This document shows positions 34,946-42,329 of a stretch of 52,840 nt of DNA, piece after piece (within the stretch, counting starts at the first letter, position 1; each line of letters opens with the position of its first letter). This DNA is from a virus. The notes under the pieces are model-generated. The model did no database searches. It had not been told where the DNA came from and saw only the letters and a list, made by a program, of their open reading frames with translations. The position numbers and the translations under genes are program-made. Location of the stretch: IMG/VR virus record IMGVR_UViG_3300000291_000011; one strand, written 5' to 3'.

Positions 34946-34958
34946 ATCCAGCACCTTT

Positions 34959-35080
34959 CTGCGGGCATCCGCAGCATGGTCATCTTCGCGGCTTTGCGAA
35001 ATTGATAGCCGCGGGGCAGACCATTTTCGCGGCATCACGCAAATGGTTCTCGCTGCCCGTTTTGTTGGGGTCAACAAAAC
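34959..35080. other. Four stem-loops, three directly abutting
   Basis: H1 34959-34974 (CTGCGG/CCGCAG); H2 34987-35013 (CGCGGCT/AGCCGCG); H3 35014-35058 (GGGCAG+ACCATTT / AAATGGT+CTGCCC); H4 35059-35080 (GTTTTGTTG/CAACAAAAC). Confidence 0.6.
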
Positions 35081-35121
35081 GTCTTGCCATTTTTGCCCAA
35101 CAAAAAAATCAGCAGGGGGAC

Positions 35122-35150
35122 TTGACAAGCGGGGCAATCTGGCATATAAT
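35122..35150 (+). promoter_or_regulatory. Consensus sigma-70/A promoter pointing into the 3' end of the repressor gene (antisense)
   Basis: TTGACA 35122-35127, 17-nt spacer, TATAAT 35145-35150; bracketed by the 9-bp inverted repeat AATCAGCAG (35107) / CTGCTGATT (35181). No credible ORF downstream. Confidence 0.6.
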
Positions 35151-35285
35151 CATGGCATCTTGCTTCTCCGCTCTGCTCCTCTGCTGATTCTCCTGATTGT
35201 CCTCACGCGCTTGCCGCTCTCAGGCGTTCGGGGACGCGCGGTTCTTCTTGCTGGTTTCATGTTCCCGACATTCGCGCCGTGGGCA

Positions 35286-35699
35286 TCACGGTTCTCCCTT
35301 TTCAGCATCCCCCTTGTCCGCCATGCGCTTTAAGCTATCACGTTCCTTGCGCTCCTGCCGCATCCGACGTTCCGCCCTCGCGGTGAGGTACTCAACGTAG
35401 TCCATCGCCTCGCGCACAACGTCATCCGGCGCACCCATCAGCTTGGCGATAATCGCCTCGCAGGTTGCGTCGAGGATAGGGCGGTCAGACGTTCCATGCG
35501 GGTTGTCGGACAGTCCGCAAAGGTAGTCGGTGGTCACGCCGAGCGCTTCGGCGAACTTCACGACGCTGGTAATCTCCGGCGTGATGGTTCCACGCTCATA
35601 GCAAGAATACGTCGCTTGCGACACTCCAACGATGCTTGCCATTTCGGCTTGCGTCTTTTTTTTTGCCTTTCTCGCTTCCTTGAGCCTATCTCCAAGCAT
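35286..35699 (-). CDS. CI-like repressor (XRE-family HTH, no S24 peptidase domain)
   Basis: 137 aa; LKEARKAKKKTQAEMASIVGVSQATYSCYERG; divergent from a cro-like gene. Confidence 0.75.
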   Translation of the reverse strand: MLGDRLKEARKAKKKTQAEMASIVGVSQATYSCYERGTITPEITSVVKFAEALGVTTDYLCGLSDNPHGTSDRPILDATCEAIIAKLMGAPDDVVREAMDYVEYLTARAERRMRQERKERDSLKRMADKGDAEKGEP

Positions 35700-35731
35700 G
35701 AAAACACCTCAAAAATTTTTTGCATATTACC

Positions 35732-35760
35732 TTGACATATATAATCGAGTGTGCTATTAT
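35732..35760 (+). promoter_or_regulatory. Promoter for the cro-like gene (switch 1)
   Basis: TTGACA 35732-35737, 17 nt, TATTAT 35755-35760. Confidence 0.6.
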
Positions 35761-35796
35761 TAGCATTGATAATAAGCACTGATTGGAGGGATGCGG

Positions 35797-35997
35797 ATGC
35801 AGAACCGCGTGCGTGAGTTCCGCGCAAAGAAGGGCTTTACGCAGATGCAGCTTGCGTGCGAAATCGGATGTGAGCAGGGGCTTGTGTCTCTGTATGAGAG
35901 GGGTGTAAATACCCCGTCACTGCATAACGCTCTTCGCCTTGCCCGTGCGCTTGGCACGACGGTCGAAGCCCTTTTCGGGGGTGAGGTCGATGGCTGA
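35797..35997 (+). CDS. Cro-like XRE-family HTH protein
   Basis: 66 aa; REFRAKKGFTQMQLACEIGCEQGLVSLYERG. Confidence 0.75.
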   Translation: MQNRVREFRAKKGFTQMQLACEIGCEQGLVSLYERGVNTPSLHNALRLARALGTTVEALFGGEVDG

Positions 35998-36529
35998 GAA
36001 GCTGCGGCACTTTCTCCACGTCGCCGGGGTTCAAGGAATCAGCGTCGCCGCGCTGTCCGAAAAGTCGGGTATCTCGAAGCCGACTATTTACCGATACGCC
36101 AACGGACAGGGAAGTCCAACTGTTGACGCGATGAAGCGCATTGCGAAAGCCCTCGGATGCACAGTCCGAGAGACGTTCCCGGAGGTTTACGGCGAGAAAG
36201 CGGACGTGCCGACCGTCAACATCACGGACACGCAGCCCATCAGCACGGCAAAGCTGGCGATGCAGTACGGCATGACAACACGCGAGTTCAATCAGGCGCT
36301 GTTCCGCGCTGGCATCCAGATACAGCGCGCCGATGGCTCTTGGGTGGTCGCCGGGGACTTTGCCGACATGGTGACTTACAAGCCCGTCAAAACGGAGAAC
36401 GGCACTGTGCGGCTGTTCGCCATGTGGACGCTGACAGCGCGAAAGGTGATTCAGTCCTTGCTTGAGGAGCAAGGGATAGTTCCGGCAACTGGCGTGAACG
36501 TGGGGTCGTCGGAGCGCCCGACGAGATAG
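35990..36529 (+). CDS. HTH plus KilA-C/ANT-like antirepressor-type protein
   Basis: ATG 35990 overlaps the cro stop; N-terminal ISVAALSEKSGISKPTIYRYANG; C-terminal ISTAKLAMQYGMTTREFNQALFRAGIQ is ANT-like. Confidence 0.6.
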   Translation: MAEKLRHFLHVAGVQGISVAALSEKSGISKPTIYRYANGQGSPTVDAMKRIAKALGCTVRETFPEVYGEKADVPTVNITDTQPISTAKLAMQYGMTTREFNQALFRAGIQIQRADGSWVVAGDFADMVTYKPVKTENGTVRLFAMWTLTARKVIQSLLEEQGIVPATGVNVGSSERPTR

Positions 36530-36714
36530 TCGAGCGACACGCCGTAGAAGTCAGCAATGCGGACAAGTGCCGAAAGCGTCGGTTCGCTGCATCCAGACTT
36601 GTAAAGCTGGTACGCGCGAACAGTAATCCCTGCTGCCTCTGCAATCTGCGCATTGCGATAGTCAAAAAACGTCTGCAAGTCGCAGAGACGAGAGCGAAAG
36701 TCAGACAAAAACAA
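36451..36714 (-). CDS. XRE-family HTH regulator (switch 2, leftward)
   Basis: 87 aa; NAQIAEAAGITVRAYQLYKSG; its 3' end overlaps the convergent 35990-36529 gene by 79 nt. Confidence 0.7.
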   Translation of the reverse strand: MFLSDFRSRLCDLQTFFDYRNAQIAEAAGITVRAYQLYKSGCSEPTLSALVRIADFYGVSLDYLVGRSDDPTFTPVAGTIPCSSSKD

Positions 36715-36735
36715 TCACCAACTTTCAGAAATCGC

Positions 36736-36764
36736 TTGACGTGAAGAATAATTCGTGCTATAAT
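36736..36764 (+). promoter_or_regulatory. Promoter (switch 2, rightward)
   Basis: TTGACG 36736-36741, 17 nt, TATAAT 36759-36764. Confidence 0.6.
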
Positions 36765-36797
36765 GAGCATGAAGAATACTTCACGGAAGGAGTGGAG

Positions 36798-36989
36798 ATG
36801 CAGAATGTTCAGCTTGTCAATGCGCGGAAAGCCTCGAATATGACGCAAGTCGAGGTTGCAAGCCGCTGCGGGGTTACAGTCCGCGCATATCAGCACTACG
36901 AAGCAGGACAGCAAACCCCCAGCGTTACGACAGCGATTCGCATTGCCGACGCGCTGGGGGTGGAAGATGTCAGGGCGCTATTTGGATAG
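36798..36989 (+). CDS. XRE-family HTH protein (switch 2, rightward)
   Basis: ATG 36798 after GGAAGGAGTGGAG; ARKASNMTQVEVASRCGVTVRAYQHYEAG. Confidence 0.7.
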   Translation: MQNVQLVNARKASNMTQVEVASRCGVTVRAYQHYEAGQQTPSVTTAIRIADALGVEDVRALFG

Positions 36990-36992
36990 GCA

Positions 36993-37766
36993 TCACAAAG
37001 GCATTCCAACTGGCTTCTTGCCCTTCTCGCAGACGATGCAATACACAAAATTGCCATCTGCGTCCGTGAAGTATAGCGAAACCTCATTCGGCGCAATATC
37101 GGCAATCGTCTGCAAGACAGAGGCGTATTTATCGCGGATTTTGGTAAAGTCTGACGATGTTCCTTCCTGCTTCGCCTTGATAAAGCTGGTCGAGAATGCG
37201 CCACCGACACGGATTCCGTAATCTCCATCGGCGTAGATTACCGACTGCAAAAAATCCGACTGACCGTACACCTCGTTGATTTTCTCAAAAATCGCCGGGT
37301 CTGCACCTTCTTTAACAAAGCTGTTTGTATCGGCATTGATTGGCAACTTCGTCTCCTTGATGGTATAGACTGCGCCTTCGGAGGACATAATCAGGAAGGG
37401 TTCGCCAGAAAAGTCCCTCGAGAAAAAGAAATCAATCTCGACGCAGTACGAATCATTGCAGAACTCCCAAGTCATCTCCGTAATCTGAACCAGCAACTCG
37501 GCATACGAATCCTTGATTTCCTTGTAATTTTTAGGGTCGCATGTTGCGAATGTTGCAGTGTTTTGAGACGACACCTTGATGATATAACAATGCCGTTCGG
37601 GGTCTAAGGAAACATTGTAGTACAATCCGATTGATTTGTCATCTTTGCAATATGCTTGCAAAACCCCCAAGAGGTAGTCTTCCAACGCGGCTTTTTCCGC
37701 CAGCGCGGGGACACAGGAAGCCATCAGGCAGCAGAGAACCAGCAGGACGGAAACAAACTTCTTCAT
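36993..37766 (-). CDS. Secreted protein or lipoprotein
   Basis: Signal peptide MKKFVSVLLVLCCLMASCVPALA with a possible lipobox (LMAS-C); 257 aa, no family recognised. Confidence 0.7.
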   Translation of the reverse strand: MKKFVSVLLVLCCLMASCVPALAEKAALEDYLLGVLQAYCKDDKSIGLYYNVSLDPERHCYIIKVSSQNTATFATCDPKNYKEIKDSYAELLVQITEMTWEFCNDSYCVEIDFFFSRDFSGEPFLIMSSEGAVYTIKETKLPINADTNSFVKEGADPAIFEKINEVYGQSDFLQSVIYADGDYGIRVGGAFSTSFIKAKQEGTSSDFTKIRDKYASVLQTIADIAPNEVSLYFTDADGNFVYCIVCEKGKKPVGMPL

Positions 37767-37803
37767 CGTGATGATACCCCTTTCGTGTTTTGGAGGTGTG
37801 AAC

Positions 37804-38151
37804 GTGTATCAGAGCAAACGGCAGTTGAAAAAGCAGATTCAGGATTTGAAGGAGCGCATCGAGTACTTGGGAAAAGAGAACTTCGCGCTTCGCAAGGAAA
37901 CGTACATGAGCGAGGGATTGTTAAAGAGTAACCCGCTTTTGAGCTGGTACGGCAAGGAGTTGTGCCTTGCGTTCGGGCGAATCCTCGTTGCTCCGCGCTA
38001 TATGCAGCTGGACTTCGACCAGTACAGCAAGTATATGCGCGATGTGCTGGACTACCTGAAAGAAATCAGGCTACTTGAAGAGAGCTATCAGCGAGAGAAT
38101 CAAGCTGACGGCGGAGATGCCGACGGGAAGCAGGAATCGCAAGCAACTTGA
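37804..38151 (+). CDS. Hypothetical coiled-coil protein
   Basis: GTG 37804 after GGAGGTG (alternative start 37768); KRQLKKQIQDLKERIEYLGKEN. Confidence 0.5.
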   Translation: MYQSKRQLKKQIQDLKERIEYLGKENFALRKETYMSEGLLKSNPLLSWYGKELCLAFGRILVAPRYMQLDFDQYSKYMRDVLDYLKEIRLLEESYQRENQADGGDADGKQESQAT

Positions 38152-38346
38152 CTTGTACTGCTCCATTTCATCCAGCGCGTGACGGTTCAGCTCCGGCACA
38201 TAATCCGGCGGACGTGCATCAAGGTCGGATGGGTGCGGCGGCGGTGGCGTCAAGAAGTCGGACGAACGCAACCGCGCAAGCTGTTCCGCCGAAAGCTGTT
38301 TGCCGCGCTGAAAGTCGCGGCAGAGACGATATTCCGATTCAAGCAA
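38071..38346 (-). CDS. Possible tail-anchored membrane protein
   Basis: C-terminal TM LLPVGISAVSLILSLIALF; proposed TTG start 38346 after GGTGGTGAG; overlaps the convergent gene by 81 nt. Start uncertain. Confidence 0.35.
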   Translation of the reverse strand: MLESEYRLCRDFQRGKQLSAEQLARLRSSDFLTPPPPHPSDLDARPPDYVPELNRHALDEMEQYKSSCLRFLLPVGISAVSLILSLIALFK

Positions 38347-38397
38347 GGCATACTCACCACCTTTCACGCATACGATAAGAGCAGGGAGGTGAATCCG

Positions 38398-38478
38398 ATG
38401 TACCACGTCAACCCGCCAGACATCGAGAACCGGGTGAAGTACGCCATCACGACGCGGCGGACGCGAAAAAGGCTTTAA
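38398..38478 (+). CDS. Possible 26-aa basic peptide
   Basis: ATG 38398 seven nt after GGGAGGTG; MYHVNPPDIENRVKYAITTRRTRKRL. Confidence 0.25.
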   Translation: MYHVNPPDIENRVKYAITTRRTRKRL

Positions 38479-38618
38479 ACGGAAGCAACGTCTAATTCGC
38501 ACAAAAACGCCCGCAGGAGCGCTTGCACGTCGAGAGTGGTATTCCTCACCTGACGGGCTGGAAGCGCTCAGAACGTCGTTTTTGTCCTTGTAGAGTGTGT
38601 GTCCGACGCAAACGCGAA

Positions 38619-38930
38619 TCAGGAGCGCGATTTGATGAACTCGATGTACTTCATCACATCCGCACGCTGGAGCGCGGAAAGAGACTTCACCTGTTCTGTC
38701 AGCGGGTCGAAGTCGGGCGGCGAGAACGCGTTCTCATCACGTCCAACGAGTGTATCAAGAGAAACGCCGAGGACATCCGCGATTGCGATAAGCCGCGTCG
38801 GAACGGGGTTGCTTCTTCCAGATTCATAGTTCTGGATTGTAATCTCTGCGACATTGGCGCGTTCTGCAAGCTGTTGCTGGCTCAGCCCGTTCGAGAGCCG
38901 AAGCGCAAGCAGAATTTCCGGGAACGGCAC
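38619..38930 (-). CDS. XRE-family HTH regulator
   Basis: 103 aa; RLSNGLSQQQLAERANVAEITIQNYESG. Confidence 0.75.
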   Translation of the reverse strand: MPFPEILLALRLSNGLSQQQLAERANVAEITIQNYESGRSNPVPTRLIAIADVLGVSLDTLVGRDENAFSPPDFDPLTEQVKSLSALQRADVMKYIEFIKSRS

Positions 38931-38941
38931 GGTGCATCACC

Positions 38942-39268
38942 TCACTTGCGCGGGTTCGCCCGGACGTATCGAGCGTACCGCATGACTTCTTCCCGGTCTG
39001 ACGGAGCAAGCGCGGAAATCTCCAAGTAGAGCGTGTCCGTTTCTTTGGGAGACGGCGCACCGTCGCAACCGGCAAGATAATCGTAGGAAACGCCGAAGAG
39101 GTCGGCAATTTTTCCGAATACCTCAACGCTGGGCGAACGCTGGCACTTCTCCAACTGCGTCACGGACGCGCCGGAGATACCAAGCGCATCACCAAGCGCC
39201 GCAACGGAAAGCCCTGCTTGCTTGCGCAACGCCAAAAGGCGGGAAGCAAATTTTTCTCGCGAAAACAT
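38942..39268 (-). CDS. XRE-family HTH regulator (switch 3, leftward)
   Basis: ATG 39268; LRKQAGLSVAALGDALGISGASVTQLEKC. Confidence 0.7.
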   Translation of the reverse strand: MFSREKFASRLLALRKQAGLSVAALGDALGISGASVTQLEKCQRSPSVEVFGKIADLFGVSYDYLAGCDGAPSPKETDTLYLEISALAPSDREEVMRYARYVRANPRK

Positions 39269-39278
39269 TGAAAACCTC

Positions 39279-39307
39279 TTGACATCAACGCAAAGTTGAT
39301 GTATAAT
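39279..39307 (+). promoter_or_regulatory. Promoter with in-spacer palindrome (switch 3, rightward)
   Basis: TTGACA 39279-39284, 17-nt spacer containing CATCAAC-GCAAA-GTTGATG, TATAAT 39302-39307; an extra GTTGATG half-site lies downstream. Confidence 0.65.
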
Positions 39308-39360
39308 GTAAACAAGCAAGCGGAAAACACTTGCCGAGAGTTGATGAGAAGGGAGTAACA

Positions 39361-39552
39361 ATGAGAGCCGCATTAAAGCGGGTCAGAGCCTTGCAAGGCT
39401 GGTCGCAAACCGATGTTGCAAAGCAACTCGGAATCACGGTACAGGCTTACAGCCTAATCGAGACTGGGAAGCGTGACCCGTCCTATCCTGTGTTGGTAGC
39501 GCTGGAGGACGTATTTCACACTTCCCATCGAGTACTACTGAGAGAGGAGTGA
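39361..39552 (+). CDS. Cro-like XRE-family HTH protein (switch 3)
   Basis: 63 aa; RALQGWSQTDVAKQLGITVQAYSLIETG. Confidence 0.7.
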   Translation: MRAALKRVRALQGWSQTDVAKQLGITVQAYSLIETGKRDPSYPVLVALEDVFHTSHRVLLREE

Positions 39553-39559
39553 CACGGAG

Positions 39560-39703
39560 ATGCCACACGCAGACCCGGCAGGATTCGTCTTTTTGGGACT
39601 GAGCGTCGCAATCATCGCCGCGCTATGGCTGATTAACGAGGTGGCAACCTACATCAGCGTAGAACGCGAGGGACGACGCGAAAACAGAATCCTGCACAAG
39701 TAG
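39560..39703 (+). CDS. Possible 47-aa single-TM peptide
   Basis: ATG 39560 after ACGGAG; GFVFLGLSVAIIAALWLI, then a basic tail. Confidence 0.35.
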   Translation: MPHADPAGFVFLGLSVAIIAALWLINEVATYISVEREGRRENRILHK

Positions 39704-39814
39704 TCTATCACGGGGAAGGGTGGAAAATCAAACACCCCCTCCCGAAGAAGAAAGAAAATCAATTTTTTTTAGCGAAAAACTTGACCGCTGGGCAAGTCAA
39801 GGAAAGGAGAAACG

Positions 39815-39997
39815 TTGGTAAACATTAGAAACCTTGCGGAAAGTAGGGGGTTGAAGATGGCGGACATTGCGCGAATCACGGGCATTTCAGAATCAATGCT
39901 TTCGCGGATTGCGAATGGTGAACGCAACGTTACGCCGAAAGTTGCAAAAAGCATTGCGCCGACTTTGGGCGTGGACTGGTGGACACTTATCGACTGA
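39815..39997 (+). CDS. Small XRE-type HTH protein
   Basis: TTG start after AAAGGAG; LKMADIARITGISESMLSRIANGER. Confidence 0.6.
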   Translation: MVNIRNLAESRGLKMADIARITGISESMLSRIANGERNVTPKVAKSIAPTLGVDWWTLID

Positions 39998-40034
39998 TAG
40001 CGCAAAAAGCGCAAAGATAGAAAGGGGTATCACA

Positions 40035-40283
40035 ATGGAAAAGGATTCTATCAAGTTGCAAATTGCAAACCAGCGCGGTTGCGTATCGCGCGGGGACGCG
40101 AACATGACGATTTTCGCCATTCGTCAGAGCGCGCGGAAGCTGAAAGCCATGACGCGCGACGAGTTCGCGAGGCTGGGGGGCTGGGACGATATCAACAAAG
40201 CATACGGCGCGTATGAAGCCGTGATGGAAGCCCTGCTGTTGGCGGTTGAGCATGAAATGGACAAGACGGCGGTTGCTGTCTAA
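40035..40283 (+). CDS. Hypothetical protein
   Basis: 82 aa, ATG 40035 after AAAGGGG. Confidence 0.55.
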   Translation: MEKDSIKLQIANQRGCVSRGDANMTIFAIRQSARKLKAMTRDEFARLGGWDDINKAYGAYEAVMEALLLAVEHEMDKTAVAV

Positions 40284-40298
40284 GGGAGGGGAAAGGAA

Positions 40299-40625
40299 AT
40301 GAAAATCCTGAATCTTGAGAAAATCGTGCCGGACGAGGAAGCCAGGAAGGAACTCTTTGAGCAGCACATGATGGAAACCACGCTGCGGCTCAATGCGCCG
40401 CGCATCATCCGCGAACTCGACAACGCTTGCGACAGCAAGCGCACCGCCGACCGCATTTGGAAGATTATCTGGATGGACGTGCGGAGCGGGAAGGCGAAGG
40501 ACTTTTCGGATTTTCAGCGGGTCTGCCACGATGGCGGATACGATGCCTACGAGGTTTACGACCGTGCGCTGTGCGCCCTGTGCGAAGAAATCAAGGACAA
40601 GATGGAGGCGCTTTGGAATGACTGA
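40299..40625 (+). CDS. Hypothetical protein
   Basis: 108-aa ORF with RBS GGGAGGGGAAAGG. Confidence 0.6.
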   Translation: MKILNLEKIVPDEEARKELFEQHMMETTLRLNAPRIIRELDNACDSKRTADRIWKIIWMDVRSGKAKDFSDFQRVCHDGGYDAYEVYDRALCALCEEIKDKMEALWND

Positions 40626-40965
40626 CTTCCAGCGAGCAACCGGGGTAACGATGCAGCCAGAGGAAGGCGAGGGGCTGCGGTGGTGTCCCATCGACGCGGT
40701 AATAGTCAAGCAGATTCGCAACCATCTGGGAGACAGTGCCGCAATGCGCATCGTCTACGACGCTGTTTGCAACATGGCGGGCATCAACACGCCGGACGAC
40801 ATCACCAAGCTGACGTTTGAGCGGGCGTATAGCCGCGCATTGTCCGAGACGGGACGGTATCAGGCGGGGGAGATTGACGCACAGGGCAATTTCATCGCGG
40901 AGGTAATCGCGACGGCTTTCACCATTGCGCCTACTGAGATGATAACACAGAAGGGGGCAAAGTAA
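40618..40965 (+). CDS. Hypothetical protein
   Basis: 115 aa, ATG 40618 overlapping the previous gene's end. Confidence 0.55.
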   Translation: MTDFQRATGVTMQPEEGEGLRWCPIDAVIVKQIRNHLGDSAAMRIVYDAVCNMAGINTPDDITKLTFERAYSRALSETGRYQAGEIDAQGNFIAEVIATAFTIAPTEMITQKGAK

Positions 40966-41418
40966 ATGCCGGAATTTCGCGGTTATGAGCTGCGAACCGC
41001 CAGAGAGCAAGCAGGGTTGCGCTTGTGGCAAGTTGCGCAGGAAATCCACACATCGGAATCGTGCATTCGCCGCTGGGAAGGAGACGAAGCAGAGCCGTCG
41101 CCGGAAGTCATCGACCAGCTTGAAGAGCTGTACAAATGCCCTATGCTGTGGCATCGATGGATGCTGTCACACAGCGACAGTTATCGACGGCATTACAGCC
41201 CAATTAGCGATACAACAACGATGGGGAGCGTTCTGCGGAATCGGTACGCAATCGAGGACATACTGCGATTGCAGGAAGCCATTGAGCGCGACGTGAGCGA
41301 CGACGGCAAAATCGACAACATGATGAACCGCGACAAGTATGTCGAGTTAATCAAGAAGGCGGTTGCTTGCCTGTCTGACACACTGGCGAGAATCGAGAAA
41401 AGGGGTGGCGCGAAATGA
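40966..41418 (+). CDS. XRE-type HTH protein with C-terminal helical domain
   Basis: 150 aa; LRTAREQAGLRLWQVAQEIHTSESCIRRWEG. Confidence 0.6.
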   Translation: MPEFRGYELRTAREQAGLRLWQVAQEIHTSESCIRRWEGDEAEPSPEVIDQLEELYKCPMLWHRWMLSHSDSYRRHYSPISDTTTMGSVLRNRYAIEDILRLQEAIERDVSDDGKIDNMMNRDKYVELIKKAVACLSDTLARIEKRGGAK

Positions 41419-41699
41419 CGCAGTACCTCAACACCGAGCGCGTCGCCGAAATCCTCTGCATCAGCAAGGAAAGCGCCCGGAAATTCATGCGCGAAATGCC
41501 GCACATCTGCATCGGCGGCAAGGCGCGCGAAACCATCCGCGTCACGGTCAGCGACTTTGAGCAGGAGTTGGAGCGGCGCAAACGTTACCCGACGCAGGAG
41601 TGGGAGAACGAGGTCATCCGCCAGCGCAAGAAGCGCAACGACCTTGTTGCACGCGGGCTGATGAACCCTGACGGCACAATCGCCCGGAGAAGGGCATAA
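41415..41699 (+). CDS. Excisionase-like (MerR/HTH_17-type) DNA-binding protein
   Basis: 94 aa; YLNTERVAEILCISKESARKFMREMP. Confidence 0.45.
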   Translation: MTQYLNTERVAEILCISKESARKFMREMPHICIGGKARETIRVTVSDFEQELERRKRYPTQEWENEVIRQRKKRNDLVARGLMNPDGTIARRRA

Positions 41700-41808
41700 A
41701 AAAAGCGCCCGTGCCGCGGGTACAAAGCGCGAACACGAGCAGACAGAAAGGGTAATGTGGCGGTTAAGCCACTATCATTCTAACACAAAAACGAAAGGAA
41801 GTCAAGAT

Positions 41809-42324
41809 ATGGAGCAGTTTATTAACGAAATCGAGGAGAACGAGCAGGAAGAACGCGCGGGGTTTGTTATCGACAACGACCAGAAGGCGGACTGGGCGGT
41901 TCGCCGCATCGCAGAGCTGGAAGCCGACACGCAGAAATGGAAGGACTACTACAAGGCACAGAGTGAGCGCGTGGCGCAGTCCAATCAGCAGAGCATTGAC
42001 TACTTCACCGCCCTGCTGGAACGCTACTTCGACAGTGTGCCGCACAAGGCGACGAAGACCAGCGAGAAGTACAAGCTGCCGAGCGGCGTTCTGGTTCGCA
42101 AGGCGCAAGCGCCGGAGTACGAGCGCGACGATGCGCAAATTATCGCGTGGTGTGCCGAGAATGCGCCGTCCTGCGTGGAGAACGTGCCGAAGCTGAAATG
42201 GACGGCGCTGAAAGGGTTGTTTGTAGAAAACAACGGACAGGCGATTGACGAAATTACGGGCGAAGTCGTACCCGGTATCAAAATTATCCCGCGCGACCCG
42301 GTTTTCGCTGTGCAAAAGGGGTGA
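41809..42324 (+). CDS. Gam-like / Gp157-like host-nuclease-inhibitor-type protein
   Basis: 171 aa; IDNDQKADWAVRRIAELEADTQKWKDYYKAQ pattern; located upstream of ERF. Confidence 0.5.
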   Translation: MEQFINEIEENEQEERAGFVIDNDQKADWAVRRIAELEADTQKWKDYYKAQSERVAQSNQQSIDYFTALLERYFDSVPHKATKTSEKYKLPSGVLVRKAQAPEYERDDAQIIAWCAENAPSCVENVPKLKWTALKGLFVENNGQAIDEITGEVVPGIKIIPRDPVFAVQKG

Positions 42325-42329
42325 GCAAA

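Noticed and set aside
34770-35285. Retron msr-msd or DGR template region
   Set aside because: Inverted repeats flank a structured region, but no reverse transcriptase (no YxDD-containing ORF) exists in the window.
34633-35333. ORFs 34633-34983 (-), 34670-35137 (-), 34854-35333 (+) and 34915-35187 (+)
   Set aside because: Their translations are homopolymeric or low-complexity (poly-V, Y/I-rich, G/R/E-rich, P-rich) and directly reflect the AT-rich and G-tract DNA. They have no RBS.
39703-39790. Terminator after the small TM peptide gene
   Set aside because: The GGGAAGGGTG..CACCCCCTCCC stem is imperfect, and the T8 run lies about 20 nt downstream of it. This is too weak to call.
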